64,000 nucleotides of DNA from Vulcanimicrobiota bacterium (GTDB lineage Bacteria; Vulcanimicrobiota; Vulcanimicrobiia; Vulcanimicrobiales; Vulcanimicrobiaceae), in the NCBI GenBank assembly GCA_963777315.1, contig CAVZQC010000002.1, positions 672,001-736,000 of the forward strand. Reading direction: 5' to 3'. The stretch's first letter is position 1. Each line of letters opens with the position of its first letter. Position numbers and translations under genes: made by a program. The notes under the pieces are model-generated. The model saw nothing but the letters and a program-made list of their open reading frames with translations, had not been told where the DNA came from and did not search any database. This document shows, in pieces, positions 28,739 through 38,704 of the stretch.

Positions 28739-28885
28739 TCAATGGATGAAGCCCGCGGCGAGCAATCCGCCGACGATGCTGAAGGCAAAGACGAAGATGA
28801 AGATCCATACGCCCATTCGTAAAAGCGCTTGGCGCCTGCGCCGCGCGGACTGAGTTTCATATTTTACTTTGGGACGCCGGCTCAC
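28739..28885 (-). CDS. small single-pass membrane protein (48 aa)
   Basis: GTGA overlap with rsfS stop; basic N-terminus then hydrophobic helix. Confidence 0.65.
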   Translation of the reverse strand: MSRRPKVKYETQSARRRRQALLRMGVWIFIFVFAFSIVGGLLAAGFIH

Positions 28886-29229
28886 GAAGTTTGCGCCTGC
28901 CGTTCGGGCATCGGCGACCACAACCGTTCCAGATTGTAGAACGCACGCTGCTCGGGGGTGAAAACATGGACGACCACGTGCCCGAGATCCAGCAGGATCC
29001 AGTTGCCGTCGGCGTAGCCCTCCACGCGCGCGACGCGCAGGCCGGCTGCTTTAACGTTCTCGGCAATGTTGTCCGCGATCGATCGCGTCTGTACTTTCGA
29101 TCGTCCGGTGACGATGACGAAGCGATCGGCCAGGATCGTTCGTCCGGCGACGTCGATCTCTGCAACGTCTTCCGCTTTTTTGTCCTGCGCGGCCGCGCGC
29201 ACGATTTCAAGAATGTCCGGCAGTGCCAA
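28882..29229 (-). CDS. rsfS: ribosome silencing factor
   Basis: 'DKKAEDV', 'WILLDLGHVVVHVF...R.FYNLERLW'; start approximate. Confidence 0.95.
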   Translation of the reverse strand: MALPDILEIVRAAAQDKKAEDVAEIDVAGRTILADRFVIVTGRSKVQTRSIADNIAENVKAAGLRVARVEGYADGNWILLDLGHVVVHVFTPEQRAFYNLERLWSPMPERQAQTS

Positions 29230-29806
29230 CCTCCAGTGCATCGGCCCTCAGGCTGAACGCTTTCATCGCCGCGGCGGTCTGCGGCGCGAGAGCCAGATGC
29301 CTCCCGGTGAGATACCGCAGCGACGAGGCAATCGTTGCACGCATCGCTGCGGTGAGGTCCTTGAACGCCAGCTCGGCCAGCTCGGCGCGCTCGGCATACC
29401 GCCGCCCCGGCTCCAAACTGTCGGCAAGATACAGAACGCAATCGAGCGTCGACATGTCGGCGTCTGCCAGCGTATGCTTGGCGATGGCGCTCAGTATCCG
29501 GGCGTCCGTTACGCCGAAGCGTTCCTGCGCCAGCCGCGCGGACAGCGGAGCGTGCAGCACGATGGGATGCGCGCTCGCGTAGTCGTCGATGGGGATGCCG
29601 CGCAGCCGGCTTTCGTTCAGCAGCCGTTCGGGAGCATACAGCCGTGAAAGATCGTGCAGCATTCCGGCGATTCGGGCTGCGGTCGAGCAGGCGCCGTGCG
29701 CGTGTGCCAGCTTCTCGGCCATCCGGGCGACGCGCACGCAATGGGCGTAGCGGTGCTCCTGGCCAAGTTCGGATCGAACGCGCCGGCTCAGCTGCGCAAA
29801 CGTCAT
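29207..29806 (-). CDS. yqeK: Ap4A hydrolase YqeK (HD domain)
   Basis: 'RYAHCVRV', 'MLHD', 'LHA', 'HT', 'LYLADSLEPGR'; adjacent to rsfS. Confidence 0.9.
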   Translation of the reverse strand: MTFAQLSRRVRSELGQEHRYAHCVRVARMAEKLAHAHGACSTAARIAGMLHDLSRLYAPERLLNESRLRGIPIDDYASAHPIVLHAPLSARLAQERFGVTDARILSAIAKHTLADADMSTLDCVLYLADSLEPGRRYAERAELAELAFKDLTAAMRATIASSLRYLTGRHLALAPQTAAAMKAFSLRADALEVGTAGHS

Positions 29807-30339
29807 CCAAAGAGCGCCGCGCGCAGCGCGCGCAGCCGGTTTTTGTAAATCTCGCTCTTGAGATTGCCCGCCCACATGACCAGCGCGTTTTCATTGTTGT
29901 CGCTGTAGTACGCTTTACGCGTCGACACCGTAGTAAATCCGTACTTGCGGTATAGGGCCTGCGCTACCGCGTTGCTCTCGCGCACCTCGAGCGTCATCCA
30001 CGATGCACCCCGCTCGATGGCCCGGTCCAGCAAATGCAACAAGAGTTGTTCGCCGTACTTGCGGCCGCGAGCTTCGCGGCAAACCGCTATCGTCGTGATG
30101 TGCGAGTCTTCCAAGATCACCCAGATGCCGCCGTAAGCGATGATGCTATCGCCCAAGCGTCCGACGTAATAATGGGCCAGTTTGTTTTCGTGCAGTTCTT
30201 GGTAGAAGGCGTTCGACGGCCATGTCGTCGAGAATGACTGCTGTTCGATGCGCAGCACGTCTTTGACGTCCGCATCGGACATCGTCGTAATGGTCAGCGG
30301 CGCCTCGCCGGTATGTTCGGGTCTGGGCTCGACCTTCAT
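29803..30339 (-). CDS. rimI: ribosomal protein alanine N-acetyltransferase
   Basis: 'HITTIAV', 'TLEVRESN..A..LY.KYGF...RKAYY..N.ENAL.M'. Confidence 0.93.
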   Translation of the reverse strand: MKVEPRPEHTGEAPLTITTMSDADVKDVLRIEQQSFSTTWPSNAFYQELHENKLAHYYVGRLGDSIIAYGGIWVILEDSHITTIAVCREARGRKYGEQLLLHLLDRAIERGASWMTLEVRESNAVAQALYRKYGFTTVSTRKAYYSDNNENALVMWAGNLKSEIYKNRLRALRAALFG

Positions 30340-31025
30340 CGAGTGCGCTTCCTTGCCGAGGGATTCGGGACCGTCACTGCGGGCAGCTCGCCGTAATCCG
30401 CTTTCACCGCGTGCAGGCTTTTCGCAGGCTCGCGCGCAGCCGCAAGGCTCGCGATGGCCAATGCGATCGGTTCGGTGCCGCGGTCGAGCATGTGCACGTG
30501 AATTCGGCGTTCGCCAAGCGCCGCAAGCACGTCCTCCGCAGCGCCGACAACGCCGGCTTGGCGGGAGCGAAGCTCGCCTTCCAAGGCGTCGAGCACCTGC
30601 GCGATATAGCCCGATTCGCGGCGTTCGAGCGCGCCGTCCCGCAGCCGCGCCGAGATGACGCCGGCCCGTCCCCGCACCACGGCGAGCACCGGACCTGCAA
30701 TACCGTCGGGCAAGCCGGCTTCGAGTGCATCGAATGAATTGACGCCCACGAGCGGTATCCCCCAGCCAAGCGCGAGCGACTTGGCGTAGCTGACGGCGAT
30801 GCGCACGCCGGTGAAGCTGCCGGGACCCACGCCCACGCCCAGACGGTCGGGCCGCGCGCCCTGCAGGCGACTTGCGGCCAGCACCGTCCTGACGGCCTGC
30901 AGACCTTGCTCCAGTGCGACTTGGCCGTCGACTCGCTCGCGCGCCAGAGGCTCGCCGTTGCGTGTGACGGCGGCCGAAAAGCCGCCCAGGGCGGCGTCGA
31001 TTCCAAGGACGATCACGTGCCGCAT
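30336..31025 (-). CDS. tsaB: t6A biosynthesis protein TsaB
   Basis: 'VLGID', 'VGVGPGSFTGVRI'. Confidence 0.92.
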   Translation of the reverse strand: MRHVIVLGIDAALGGFSAAVTRNGEPLARERVDGQVALEQGLQAVRTVLAASRLQGARPDRLGVGVGPGSFTGVRIAVSYAKSLALGWGIPLVGVNSFDALEAGLPDGIAGPVLAVVRGRAGVISARLRDGALERRESGYIAQVLDALEGELRSRQAGVVGAAEDVLAALGERRIHVHMLDRGTEPIALAIASLAAAREPAKSLHAVKADYGELPAVTVPNPSARKRTR

Positions 31026-31466
31026 TCCCGGGTGTGCCGAACGGTCACGCGCCTGGCCAGCGCGCCCATTCCGTCGATCGCAACTTCATACCGATCCGGC
31101 GGGAGCAACGCGGGTGCGTTGTCCCACCATTCGACCAAAACGATCGACTCGCCCGTGAACGCTTCCTCGAGGCCGAGTTCGTCGAGATCGCGCGGTTCGT
31201 CGATACGATACAAGTCGAGGTGATCGATGGGCGGTTCACCCGCCTCGCGGACCGCGCCTTGCGCACCGTAGCGATGCCAAAACGTGAACGTCGGGCTGGA
31301 CGCGAGATCGCTGCCCAGGCGCTCGGCCACCACCGCTTTGACGAACGTCGTTTTCCCGGCGCCCAGCGGTCCCGACAGCGCCACGACGTCGCCGGCGCAC
31401 AGCGTGCGCGCGAATTCGAGCTGCGAACGAACGAAACTCTTGCTCGCTATAAAATGTTCGATGCAT
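31013..31466 (-). CDS. tsaE: t6A biosynthesis ATPase TsaE, +1 frameshift near 31418
   Basis: 'GDVVALSGPLGAGKTTF', 'SPTF', 'HLDLYR', 'VEW'; N-terminus MHRTFYSEQE in adjacent frame. Confidence 0.9.
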
Positions 31467-31509
31467 CGGTTCGGCGAAGCACGCGTGGTGAAAACAGCGG
31501 TGTTCTGCG

Positions 31510-34006
31510 TTGAATAACGACATCATCTCGCAAATCAACGTCGAAGATGAAATGCGGGAGAGTTATCTCTCGTACGCCATGTCGGTCATCGCCTCTCGCG
31601 CACTGCCGGACGTGCGCGACGGCCTCAAACCCGTGCAGCGGCGCATCCTGTACGCGATGCGCGACATGGGAATGGAGCCCACCAAGCAGCATCGCAAGTG
31701 CGCCGGTATCATCGGCGAAGTGCTCAAATCGTTTCATCCTCACGGCGACAGACTCGGTATACGACGCGCTGGTGCGCATGGCACAGGACTTCACGCTGCG
31801 GTACCCCTTGGTCGACGGTCACGGCAACTTCGGTTCGATCGATCCCGATCCGCCTGCGGCTTACCGCTACACCGAGGCGCGCCTCGCGCGAGCGTCCACC
31901 GAAGTGCTCAGCGACATCGATAAAGAAACCGTCCCGTTCGTACCGAATTTCGACAATCAGGGGATGGAGCCCAGCGTTCTGCCGGGCAAACTTCCGCAGC
32001 TGCTGCTCAACGGCTCCAGCGGCATCGCCGTCGGCATGGCGACCAACATTCCGCCGCACAACCTGAACGAAGTCGCCGACGCAGTCGCGGCAGTTATCGA
32101 CGACCCCGCCGTGAGCGATGACGACTTGGCGGCGATCGTCACGGGGCCGGATTTTCCCACCGGCGGCATCATCATGGGCCAAGAAGCGGTGCGCGAGGCG
32201 TACCGCACAGGCCGCGGTTCGATCGCAATCCGCGGCAAGGCCGAGATCGTCGAAGAGCGCGGCCGTCACAAGATCGTGATCACCGAGATTCCGTACCAAG
32301 TCTACAAAAGCCGCATCGTCGAGGCCATTGCCGAAGCGCACGCCGAGAAGCGCATTCAGGGCATCTCCGCTCTGCACGACGAGTCCAACCGCAAGGGCAT
32401 GCGCGTGGTGGTCGAGTTGCACAAATCCGCCACGCCCAAAGTCGTGCTCAATCAGCTCTACAAACACACCCCGCTGCAATCGAGCTTCGGCTTCAACATG
32501 CTCGCGCTCGTTCCGGTGGGCGCGCCGCGCGCCGACGGTTCGGCCGCGCTCGAACCGCAAGTTCTTTCGCTCAAGCAGCTGCTCGAGCACTACATCGCCC
32601 ATCGCAAGGACGTCGTCGTCAAGCGCACGCAGCACGATCTGCGTAAGGCGCAGGAGCGAGCGCACCTGCTCGAAGGCTACCGCATCGCGCTGGACAACAT
32701 CGACGAAGTCATCGAGATCGTTCGAGGAAGCCAGACCACCGATGAAGCGCGCACAAAGCTGACTGCTCGTTTCAGCCTTTCCGACCTGCAGGCCAACGCC
32801 ATCGTCGACATGCGACTGCGCACCCTGGTCGGGCTGGAACGGCAAAAGATCGAAGACGAGTACACCGAGTTGATCAAGCTCATAGGGGAGCTGCAGGACA
32901 TCCTCAAAAGCCCGCGCCGAATCGCGGGCATCGTCAAATCCGAAGTGCTCGACGTCAAGAAAAAATTCGGCGACGAGCGGCGGACGGCTATCGTGCCCGC
33001 CGAAGACGAGTTCTCGGTCGAAGCGCTCATTCCGAACACCGAAGTCGTCGTAACGTACACCGTCGGCGGATACATCAAGCGCGTTTCCGGCGATACTTTC
33101 AAGACGCAAAACCGGGGCGGCCGCGGCGTCGTGGGCATTTCCAACCTCAAGCACGAGGACGTCGTGCGCAACTTCTTCATAACCAAGACCCACGATCACG
33201 TGCTGTTCTTTACCAACAAGGGACGCGCGTACCGCTTGCGCGGCTTCGAGATTCCCGACACGACGCGACAGGCGCGCGGCACGGCGCTGGTCAATCTGCT
33301 CACGCTCCCGCCCGGAGAGTACGTCACGGCGGTGTTCCCCGTGCAGCATTTTACCGGCGAACAGTACATGATCATGGTTACCAGAAACGGCGTGATCAAA
33401 AAGACCAAACTCGAGGACTTCGCCAACGTGCGGCGCAACGGCCTGAACGCGATCAATCTGGACGAAGGCGACGAGTTGCTGGCAGTCGATCTTTCCAACG
33501 GTACGCGCGACGTCATTCTGGGAACCGTCGCCGGCATGGCCGTGCACTTCAACGAAAAGAACGTTCGCCCGATGGGCCGTAACGCTCGCGGCGTAAAGGC
33601 CATGACGCTGGACAAGGGCGACACGATCGTGGCGATGGACGTGGTCGAGGACCGGCGCGAAGTGCTGCTCGTTACGACGCGCGCGTTCGGCAAGCGTACG
33701 CCCATCGACGATTATCGCCATACCTCGCGGGGCGGCAAGGGCGTCAAAGCGTTTGCAAAGGAACGCGAGGACATTGGAAAGGTCGTGGATCAGATTCTCG
33801 TCGCGCCCGAAGACGAGATCCTGATGATCACCTCGTCCAATCAAGTGATCCGCTTGCGCGTGTCCGACATCCGCAAGGCCGGCCGCTCGACCAAAGGCGT
33901 GCGATTGCAGCGTCTGGGGGAGGGCGACGAAGTCATCGCCATCACCAATTTGGGCAAACAGGCCAAGCAAATCACCGAGATTACCGGCGAAGCCCCAAGC
34001 GAGTAA
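31510..34006 (+). CDS. gyrA: DNA gyrase subunit A, +1 frameshift near 31752
   Basis: '[17 protein letters not shown]', 'HPHGD', '[10 protein letters not shown]', GyrA-box 'QNRGGRG'. Confidence 0.97.
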
Positions 34007-34041
34007 ACTCCCGAAACTCTCTGTGGTTCGGCGGGTTTACT
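34003..34041 (+). terminator. imperfect hairpin after gyrA
   Basis: GTAAAC-TC-CCGAA ... TTCGG-CGG-GTTTAC; no clear U tract. Confidence 0.3.
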
Positions 34042-34067
34042 ACAGGGCAGGAGAGTAAACAGCCAGC

Positions 34068-34394
34068 ATGAGTGCATTAGCCGACGTATCGCAAACCAAC
34101 TTCCAGCAAGAGGTGCTGGGCTCGGGCCAGCCCGTGTTGGTCGATTTTTGGGCGCCTTGGTGCGGTCCGTGCAAGATGCTGGGCCCCGTGGTTGAAAAAG
34201 TCGCCGCATCGCATGCCGGTCGCGCGAAGTTCGTCAAACTCAACACCGACGACAATCCCAGTCTGGCCGGTCAGTACCAGGTCTCGGGCATCCCGTGCCT
34301 GATCCTGTTCAAGGCCGGGAAACCGGTGGACCGCATCGTGGGATACGTGTCGGAACAGACGATCACGTCGATGCTCAGCAAACACGTGAACTAA
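34068..34394 (+). CDS. trxA: thioredoxin
   Basis: 'VLVDFWAPWCGPCK'. Confidence 0.97.
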   Translation: MSALADVSQTNFQQEVLGSGQPVLVDFWAPWCGPCKMLGPVVEKVAASHAGRAKFVKLNTDDNPSLAGQYQVSGIPCLILFKAGKPVDRIVGYVSEQTITSMLSKHVN

Positions 34395-34423
34395 AAGGCG
34401 CCCGTATCTCCGGCAATAAAACC

Positions 34424-35765
34424 ATGCGCAGCATTCCAGCTGTGCATCGTTTTTTGTCCGAGCCGCGCATTGCGGCGTTCGAGGCAATTCTGGGCAAGGC
34501 GTCGGTCAAGGGCAGCATCGTGCAAACGCTCGATGCGGCGCGGCGGCAATCCCGCGACGGCGGCGTTCCGGCATACGAAACGCTGCGTGAATCGGTGATC
34601 GAGCGCTTGGAGCGCGAACACGGCGAAATGCTGGTCTCCGTCATCAACGCTACCGGCGTATTGCTGCACACGAATTTGGGGCGCGCGCCGCTGAGTAAAG
34701 CTGCGGTGGAAGCAATGGCGAAAATTGCTGCGGGATACTCCAACGTGGAATATCGGCTCGCCACGGGCCGGCGCGGTTCGCGCTACGCGCACGCGACCGG
34801 CATTTTGCGCGCGCTTACGGGTGCGCAGGATGCGTTGGTCGTCAACAACGGCGCTGCCGCCGTGCTGCTGGTGCTCGATACGCTGGCCAAGGGCCGCGAA
34901 GTGATCGTTTCGCGCGGTCAGCTGGTTGAAATCGGCGGCGGGTTCCGGCTGCCGGACGTGCTCGAGCGCAGCGGAGCGCGCTTAGTGGAAGTCGGCACGA
35001 CGAACAAAACGTATTTGCGCGATTTCGAGCGCGCTCTTTCACCCCACACGGCACTCCTGCTGCGAACCCATCCGTCCAATTTTCGGATGACGGGATTCAC
35101 CCAGGACTTGGATCCCGCGCAGCTGGGCGCGCTGGGCCGGCGCGCAGGCATTCCGGTCGTGGAGGACTTGGGCAGTGGCGCGTTGGCCGATTTCGGCGAG
35201 TATGGTCTGCCTCGTGAGCGGACGGTACGGCAAGCGTTGGCCGACGGCATGGATTTGGTGACCTTTTCGGGTGACAAAATGCTGGGCGGTCCGCAAGCGG
35301 GAATCATCGCCGGCAACGGCGCGCTCATTGCGCGCCTGCTCGCCAATCCGCTGCTGCGCGCTTTGCGCGTGGACAAAATTACGCTGGCCGCCCTTGCCGA
35401 AACGCTTGCGCTGCACGCATCGCCCAAACGGCGCTGCGAGCTGCCGCTTTTTGCCATGCTGGAGGCGAGCGTCGAGCAACTGCGTTCGCGCGCACGGGGG
35501 TACTGCGATGCCGTACCCGGCGCTGAAGCGATCGACAGCGCTGCGTATGCCGGCGGCGGATCGCTGCCGGAATCGGCAATCGCGTCCGTCGCGATCGCAG
35601 TGCCGTTTGCCGCCGGTGCGCAAAGGGCGGCGGCCGCATTGCGCAGGCAGCCTACGCCCATCGTCGCACGCATCGACGACGATCGCGTGCTGTTGGATTT
35701 GCGGACCATCAGCTCCTGAAGACGACGCCCAGGTCATCGCGGCGCTGCAAGCCGTAATGCAGTAA
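34424..35765 (+). CDS. selA: L-seryl-tRNA(Sec) selenium transferase, +1 frameshift near 35711 in the last ~20 codons
   Basis: 'INATGVLLHTNLGRAP', 'FSGDKMLGGPQAG', 'LDLRT'; tail APEDDAQVIAAL in next frame ends 4 bp before selB. Confidence 0.96.
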
Positions 35766-35769
35766 CGGC

Positions 35770-37647
35770 ATGCACGTTATCGGGACTGCCGGCCACGTCG
35801 ATCACGGAAAATCTACGCTGGTGCGCGCGCTGACCGGCACGAATCCCGACCGGTGGCTGGAAGAGCAGTTGCGCGGAATGACCTTGGATTTGGGTTTCGC
35901 GCACTTGCGTTTTGCCGACGGCGTGGAGGCGGGCATCGTCGACGTCCCCGGCCACGAACGGTTTTTGCACAACATGCTCGCGGGCGCCGCCGGCATGGAA
36001 CTGCTGCTGCTGGTCATTGCGGCCAACGAAGGCATCATGCCGCAAACCGTGGAGCACCTGCAGATCCTGCACTACCTTAACGTGCGCGAAGTCATCGTCG
36101 TGGTAACGAAGGCCGATCTGCTCGGCGAGGAAGATCTTGCCGCAGCGTGCGCGCGCATTCACGCCGGCTTGAAGGGAACGATTGCGGCGCAAGCGCCGGT
36201 GGTGGCCGTTTCCGTGACGACCGGATACCATTTGGACGCGCTGCGCGATTCGATCCGCCGCGCGCTCGAGCGGCTTCCCGCCCGCGATCCCGATGCTCCG
36301 GCATACATGCCGGTCGATCGCGTGTTCGCATTGCCCGGTCACGGGACGATCGTAACGGGCACGCTGATGCAAGGCCGCATCCGGACCGGCGAAACGCTGT
36401 TTCTGCAGCCGTCCGGCAAAGCGGTGCGCGTTCGCAGCTTGCAAAGTTTCGGCGAAAAACGCGACGCGGTAGACGGCGGGACGCGAGTTGCGGTGAACGT
36501 TCCCTCGGTCGGAGCGCGAGAAATAGCGCGCGGCGAGATGTTGGTGGCCGCGCAATTCGCGCCGAGCCGGAATTTTTCGGTTCGCTTTACGCCGTTGCCC
36601 CACGCGCTTGCGCTGCTGCGCCGTCGAAACGCGGTGCGAATCTATATCGGCTCGGCGGAGATCCTAGGCTCGCTGCTGTTCGAATTGATACCGCAAAGCG
36701 CGATCGAAACGCGCGCGCAGGTCGTTCTGCGCCGCGGCTGCGTGGCATATCCCGGAATGCCGTTCGTCGCGCGGCGGCTTTCGCCCAAGACGCTGCTGGG
36801 CGGAGGGCAATTGGAAGGCGCCGGCCGCTTCGAAGATGAGCCCTCGAACGAGCGCAGTCCGCACGAATCCAGCGTGCTTACCGTGCTGCGGCAGGGCGTT
36901 CTGGCCGCGCGGACCGCAACCGAAATCGCACGGCAAGCCAATCTGCGCGACGATTCGGTTGCCGCTGCGCTTGCTTCATTGCTGGAGCGAGGTGAGGTGT
37001 TGGCGGTACTTCGTCCGGCTGCGTACGTCGACGCGCTGGGCGCTCAGGCGCTCCTCGAGCGGGCGCTGGAAGTTCTCGTACGGCAGCAGCAGGCCGAACC
37101 GTGGTCGATGGGGGCAACGTCGCTTCTGCTGGCTCGCGCACTGTCCGTCGACGAGAGCCTGCTCATGCGCATTCTCGATGCTTTCGCGCAAGACGGCCGC
37201 ATAGCGCGCCGGGCCGGATACTTTTCAACCACCGATTACGCGCCCGCGCTTTCATCCGAGCAGCAAGCCTTCTTCGCATCCGCGCTGCGCATGGACCCAA
37301 GCAATCCGCTCGTTCCCACGCCGCTGGCCGAGGTGGTCGCAAAGGTCAAGCAGTCCCGGGTGAGCGGAGTCTCCAAGGCGTTCGATACGCTGATTGCCAA
37401 AGGTGCACTCGTGAAGGTCGGTGACGAACTGTATCGTGGCGAACAGATTGCAACGGTCCATGCGCGCGTCGAAACGTTCTTGCTCGCGAACGCCCGGATG
37501 ACCATGGCGCAGTTTCGCGACGTGGTCGGAACCTCACGCAAGTATGCCGTTCCGCTGCTGGAATGGTTCGATGCGCGCGGGATCACCGTTCGCAGCGGTG
37601 ACTATCGAATGCTCAGAGCGACCACCGCGCGCGCGCAGACCGGTTGA
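35770..37647 (+). CDS. selB: selenocysteine-specific elongation factor
   Basis: 'IGTAGHVDHGKS', 'DVPGHERF', C-terminal 'SRKYAVPLLEWFD'. Confidence 0.97.
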   Translation: MHVIGTAGHVDHGKSTLVRALTGTNPDRWLEEQLRGMTLDLGFAHLRFADGVEAGIVDVPGHERFLHNMLAGAAGMELLLLVIAANEGIMPQTVEHLQILHYLNVREVIVVVTKADLLGEEDLAAACARIHAGLKGTIAAQAPVVAVSVTTGYHLDALRDSIRRALERLPARDPDAPAYMPVDRVFALPGHGTIVTGTLMQGRIRTGETLFLQPSGKAVRVRSLQSFGEKRDAVDGGTRVAVNVPSVGAREIARGEMLVAAQFAPSRNFSVRFTPLPHALALLRRRNAVRIYIGSAEILGSLLFELIPQSAIETRAQVVLRRGCVAYPGMPFVARRLSPKTLLGGGQLEGAGRFEDEPSNERSPHESSVLTVLRQGVLAARTATEIARQANLRDDSVAAALASLLERGEVLAVLRPAAYVDALGAQALLERALEVLVRQQQAEPWSMGATSLLLARALSVDESLLMRILDAFAQDGRIARRAGYFSTTDYAPALSSEQQAFFASALRMDPSNPLVPTPLAEVVAKVKQSRVSGVSKAFDTLIAKGALVKVGDELYRGEQIATVHARVETFLLANARMTMAQFRDVVGTSRKYAVPLLEWFDARGITVRSGDYRMLRATTARAQTG

Positions 37648-37648
37648 C

Positions 37649-38653
37649 GTGATAGACGTCGGCCTTCTGCCCAAGGCGGAGCTGCACGTGCACATCGAAG
37701 GTACGCTGGAACCGAATGCGATTTTGGCGATGGCCGAACGCAACGGCGTGATGCTAAACTACTCGAGCGCCGAAGCGCTGTACGCCGCGTACCGGTTTTC
37801 CAATCTGCAGTCGTTTTTGGATCTGTACTACGCGGCAACGTCCGTGCTGCGCACCGAACGCGATTTCGAAGAGCTGGCGCTGGCGTATCTCAAACGAGCG
37901 CAAGCGCAGAACGTCAAACATGCGGAAATCTTTTTCGATCCGCAGGCCCACCTCGAACGCGGCATTCCCTTTGAAACCGTCATCGACGGGCTCTGGTCGG
38001 CGCTTTCCCGCAGCGAACGCGATTTCGGCATGAGCACCAAGTTGATCATGTGTTTCTTGCGCGACCGTTCCATGCGTTCTGCAATGCAGACTTTGGATTT
38101 GGCCCTGCCGTATCAGCAGCGCATCGTCGGCGTGGGTTTGGATTCGGCGGAGCTGGACAACCCGCCGTCGAAATTTCACCTCGTCTTCGAGCGCGCGCGC
38201 GCTTACGGTTTCCTGACCGTCGCGCATGCGGGTGAAGAAGGACCGCCTTCATATGTTTGGCAAGCGCTCGATCAACTCAAAGTCGCGCGCGTGGACCATG
38301 GCGTGCGCGCAATGGAAGACGAGCGGCTGGTCGAACGGCTGCGGCGCACGAGGATTCCGCTCACGGTATGCCCGCTTTCCAACGTGCGCCTGCGCGTAGT
38401 TGCGTCGCTCGAAGAACATCCGCTCAAACGCATGATCGATGCCGGCCTGCTCGCCACGGTAAATTCGGACGATCCGGCGTACTTCGGCGGGTACGTAGCA
38501 GACAACTATACCAGGGCCGCGGCCGCGCTGCGGCTTTCCGACGCCGACGTGGTGCAACTTGCGAAGAACTCGTTTCAAGCCTCCTTCATCGACGACGCGA
38601 CAAAAGGCGCGTACACCGCGCAAATCGACGCCGTCGTGTCCGGGGCCGCGTAG
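37649..38653 (+). CDS. add: adenosine/adenine deaminase
   Basis: 'PKAELHVHIEG', 'AHAGEE', 'RVDHG', 'NSDDPAYF'. Confidence 0.92.
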   Translation: MIDVGLLPKAELHVHIEGTLEPNAILAMAERNGVMLNYSSAEALYAAYRFSNLQSFLDLYYAATSVLRTERDFEELALAYLKRAQAQNVKHAEIFFDPQAHLERGIPFETVIDGLWSALSRSERDFGMSTKLIMCFLRDRSMRSAMQTLDLALPYQQRIVGVGLDSAELDNPPSKFHLVFERARAYGFLTVAHAGEEGPPSYVWQALDQLKVARVDHGVRAMEDERLVERLRRTRIPLTVCPLSNVRLRVVASLEEHPLKRMIDAGLLATVNSDDPAYFGGYVADNYTRAAAALRLSDADVVQLAKNSFQASFIDDATKGAYTAQIDAVVSGAA

Positions 38654-38704
38654 GCAGCGACCGCAACCGGCAAGGGCGTTCCCGCTGTTTATCTTGGTGA
38701 CGCT

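Noticed and set aside
31510..31923. gyrA, tsaE and selA as true pseudogenes or programmed frameshifts
   Set aside because: Essential or otherwise intact genes with single extra bases and no slippery sequences; a sequencing artefact is more likely.
31724..33970. Long antisense ORFs (748 aa opposite gyrA, and similar ones opposite leuS, typA, clpB)
   Set aside because: Expected shadow ORFs in high-GC coding DNA; no recognisable motifs.
35701..35765. TGA at 35717 in selA as a selenocysteine codon
   Set aside because: The natural C-terminus continues in a different frame, so this is an indel rather than readthrough; no SECIS-like hairpin seen.
38654..38704. CIRCE, HAIR or CtsR operator before clpB
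   Set aside because: No matching inverted or direct repeat visible.
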